This document shows positions 61,220-64,000 of a DNA stretch of 64,000 nt, one piece after another. Position numbers and translations under genes: made by a program. The notes beneath the pieces are model-generated. The model saw nothing but the letters and a program-made list of their open reading frames with translations. It made no database searches and was not told the origin of the DNA. The stretch covers positions 23,994,001-24,058,000 of the forward strand of contig OZ004607.1 in assembly GCA_963924565.1 (NCBI GenBank). Direction: 5' to 3'. How positions within the stretch are numbered: position 1 is the first letter of the stretch; every line of letters begins with the position of its first letter. The DNA is from Ascidiella aspersa. Taxonomy: Eukaryota.

Positions 61220-64000
61220 TTATTTAAAAAGTGAGGATGTGAAGATTTGCTGCATGATTTGTGGTATGTTCTTCGCATCAAGGCAAACAAAAGAACGACC
61301 GGATGGCAGTTGTTTCTTTAACCTGTAGCGTAAAAAATGCTAAATTAAAAAAAAAGGTCAAATATGATGTCCAAACTACGACAAAACAGCAAAAATTATT
61401 TCATTATGCGTTTATTTGTAAACACACTATGATGGAACAAAAAACTATTTACACTTAATTTACCTTTCTGCTTGGTCGCCGATGGAGCCGATAAAAATGA
61501 CAAAAGCGTTGACTTCTTCGTCGGACGTCAACGTCTCCGTCAAAACGTGAGGTCTTATACCATATCTATAAGTACAACGATCACTGGTGCTTAGTTGGGT
61601 TGAACATGTCGCCCTTTACTACACATCATAATCACTATGTTATACCCTACTATTTGTTTAATTTAAATGTACTTATGTTGAGGTTGTGTATAAAAGTGTA
61701 ACCTAACCTTTCTAAATTAGCATCACTCAGCATCACCACGAAATATTCATCAGCCTCTTCCTTCTTGATCTCCTGCAGAGAGTGAAAAAAACATTTGTTA
61801 CTAGAGCAGTTGTCGGCAATCGCCGGTCCGCGAGGAGTATATTACCGGTCCGTAGCAGGTTTCCAGATGATATTTTGATAAAAATGTAACTCCTCGTACG
61901 TACAATATATCGAAAAACGGGCCATATATAATGTTTTTTTGATGTTTCAAGCGTGCTCACCTCAAAGTGCAATAGAATCAAATCATGCAAACAATGTTTA
62001 TAAACAATGTTGATGTTCAGATAGGAAATTTTAGAAAAAACGCATGCATTTTAATTAGGACATTGAAAAAAGTTGTTCCTTTACTCAACATTTGTTGCTT
62101 TTAAGGCCGGTCCGCGACAAAATTTCAGTTTTAAACCGGTCCGCAGTGTAAAAAAGGTTGCCGACCCCTGTACTAGAGCATTTTAACTGTGTCGGGTATA
62201 CAATGTCGAACACAATAAAAGTTCGAACCAAACAAAACCTTTTGTTTCAAAAAATTGTTTTGTCATAGTGAAGAAAGTTTATATTTATTAGTAGTAATCA
62301 GCTCGCTCGGTACCTTGACGGCAAATCGCGTGGCTTCGAGTGTGTGATCGCCGCTCATGCAGAACTGCGCATGCGCGTGCATGGTCTTGAGGACCTCGAG
62401 ACGCTCTTTGTCATTGGCAGGAGGTTTGTCATATGACACAAGCTGAATGTCGTAGCCGTCACCGGAGTGCCCCCAGATCTCGTACTGGAATAAATAGCAC
62501 AGCAGTGTACAAGTGACTTTGTACACAATCAATATGAAAACAAATATCACTATTTACGTGTTGCGCAAAGTTTACTGTATGGAAGACAGTGCTAAAAAAT
62601 AAATTTATCTTAAACACGTCTCCGTTCAATTTTAGGATTTTGTTTATGAGTCGTGTTCATTACTGTATTACAAACATCTACAAACTTCTGAAATTTTTGA
62701 ATTGATTATAATTAAGCTTTCAAAATTACCTTAAACTTTTCCTTGTAACCCTCAAAAGCTTCCATTACCATACAAGCCGATTCGACTGTTCGCTCCAAAC
62801 GCTGGTCAAGTCCATTGAACCTGGATTCAGTGCGACGCACCATTAAACACTAATATAGAGAACTTAGCTTTTTAGAAATGCACAAACTGAGCAGTGAGCA
62901 CTATTTGTCCAACAATGGGTTAACCGACAACAATATATATGAAAAATGATCACTAAAAATAAAAACCTTTTATAACACGCGGCTAAAATTCCTTCTCACC
63001 TGTACATGCTTCCACTCACATCAACGCAGATGCGGATCCTCTTCGGTTTCTGTTGCGGCGTTCCAGGCTGGAATAAAAGCAATAAGTTTCACGCTAGCAT
63101 CTTCGCGAAAATACTTAAAAGCACGAGAAAACCCACTTCCGGTTCCTGCTCGGCCCTCCTTTTGTAAACGTTCTTCTCGCCGGTAAGTCCTTCGATAAGC
63201 TTCATGTCGTCAAGCTCGCCAGTTTGCTGATGCTTTAACCACTGCCGTTCCTTGCTTTTTGCCTGCGCACAGACGAACACTTGTAAATATTGTGGTATGC
63301 AGGTCCTATACACCAAGCTTGGCTTTCACAGTAAACCCACACTTTGCACTATGTCTCGGATAAAGTAGAAACCTAACTCAGATTAAAAAAAAAAAAAAAT
63401 GAAAGGTTTTTAGCTTAAAAATTTCATATCACGTTTTAATGATTTCCTATTTGTACTGTAGATGCCTTATAATATGCAGGAGTTGTGCTGATGCTTCTTG
63501 TGCCTACTTCGCTAATGCGTCCATTTGGTATCGAAAAGTTAACAAATGCACTGGGCGGAACGATCTTAGTCAATTCCGGTTATTTAAAGTAAAGGTTTTT
63601 CAAACATAGTTATAAACCTCTTTTGAAAAAAAATAATAGAATTTTGATACATACGGAAAGACTAATCTCAGTATGTGTTTTTTTTTGTTATACGTTCTTT
63701 TGATACATAAAATTAGGTGGTTTATTGACAAAAATAGTTTCGAACCTGCAAGGAGTCGAGAATAATTCTCATGGCCTTGACCTGCTTCCTCACGCTGCCA
63801 CTGAAGCGTTCGTACATCTCGGCGTCGTATTCACTCATGCGAATCTCCTGCAACCTGGTAATTAACATAGTCAGGTTAATTGGCGCATTATAGATGTTTA
63901 GATGCTTTGTCAGGTTGGATTCCGTACTACACAGATTACTTAAGAAATATACAATTATTAGGGTAAATTACCTTTCCTTAAATGCCTTTTTGCCCATTTC
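61220..64000 (-). CDS. VWA8: von Willebrand factor A domain-containing protein 8, 3' portion (gene continues beyond the window)
   Basis: LQEIRMSEYDAEMYERFS, KERQWLKHQQTGELDDMKLIEGLTGEKNVYKRR, VWA MIDAS motif VDVSGSMYRFNGLDQRL, MHAHAQFCMSGDHTLE, LSDANLERYGI and IFIGSIGDQA. Ends ...QQIFTSSLFK* at 61220. Confidence 0.96.
61807..62170. mobile_element. hAT/Charlie-type MITE in a VWA8 intron
   Basis: CAGTTGTCGGCAA...TTGCCGACCCCTG termini. Perfect TSD TACTAGAG. Repeated CCGGTCCG motif. The right end is shared with the element at 20344-20590. Confidence 0.85.

Overview
Eukaryotic, AT-rich, intron-dense animal DNA. It is most likely an ascidian/tunicate, inferred from short introns, an LDLa-repeat GPCR without LRRs, an operon-like gene junction and mosaic CpG depletion. 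I can reconstruct nine protein-coding genes by splicing: an EF-hand protein ending in a CaaX box (+), a TBC1D15/16/17-type RabGAP (-), VPS18 (+), NDUFAF1/CIA30 (-), SMYD4 (-), SLC30A6/ZnT6 (+), a NACHT-only NLR-like protein (-), a relaxin-receptor/GRL101-like GPCR with about 21 LDLa modules and no LRRs (-), and the 3' part of VWA8 (-). Introns and intergenic DNA hold many non-autonomous DNA transposons (hAT-type MITEs with 8-bp TSDs, Helitrons, fold-back elements, CAC-terminated elements) and Penelope-like palindromes with hammerhead-ribozyme cores. The leads most worth checking are: (i) the GPCR ectodomain built from an 8-cysteine LDLa variant; (ii) a probable SMYD4-NDUFAF1 trans-spliced operon, with a CpG-domain pattern that fits it; (iii) one ~60-bp module shared by transposons with unrelated termini; (iv) a hammerhead-bearing hairpin between two convergent 3' UTRs; (v) a NACHT-only protein. 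No database searches were possible, so all family assignments come from motif recognition.
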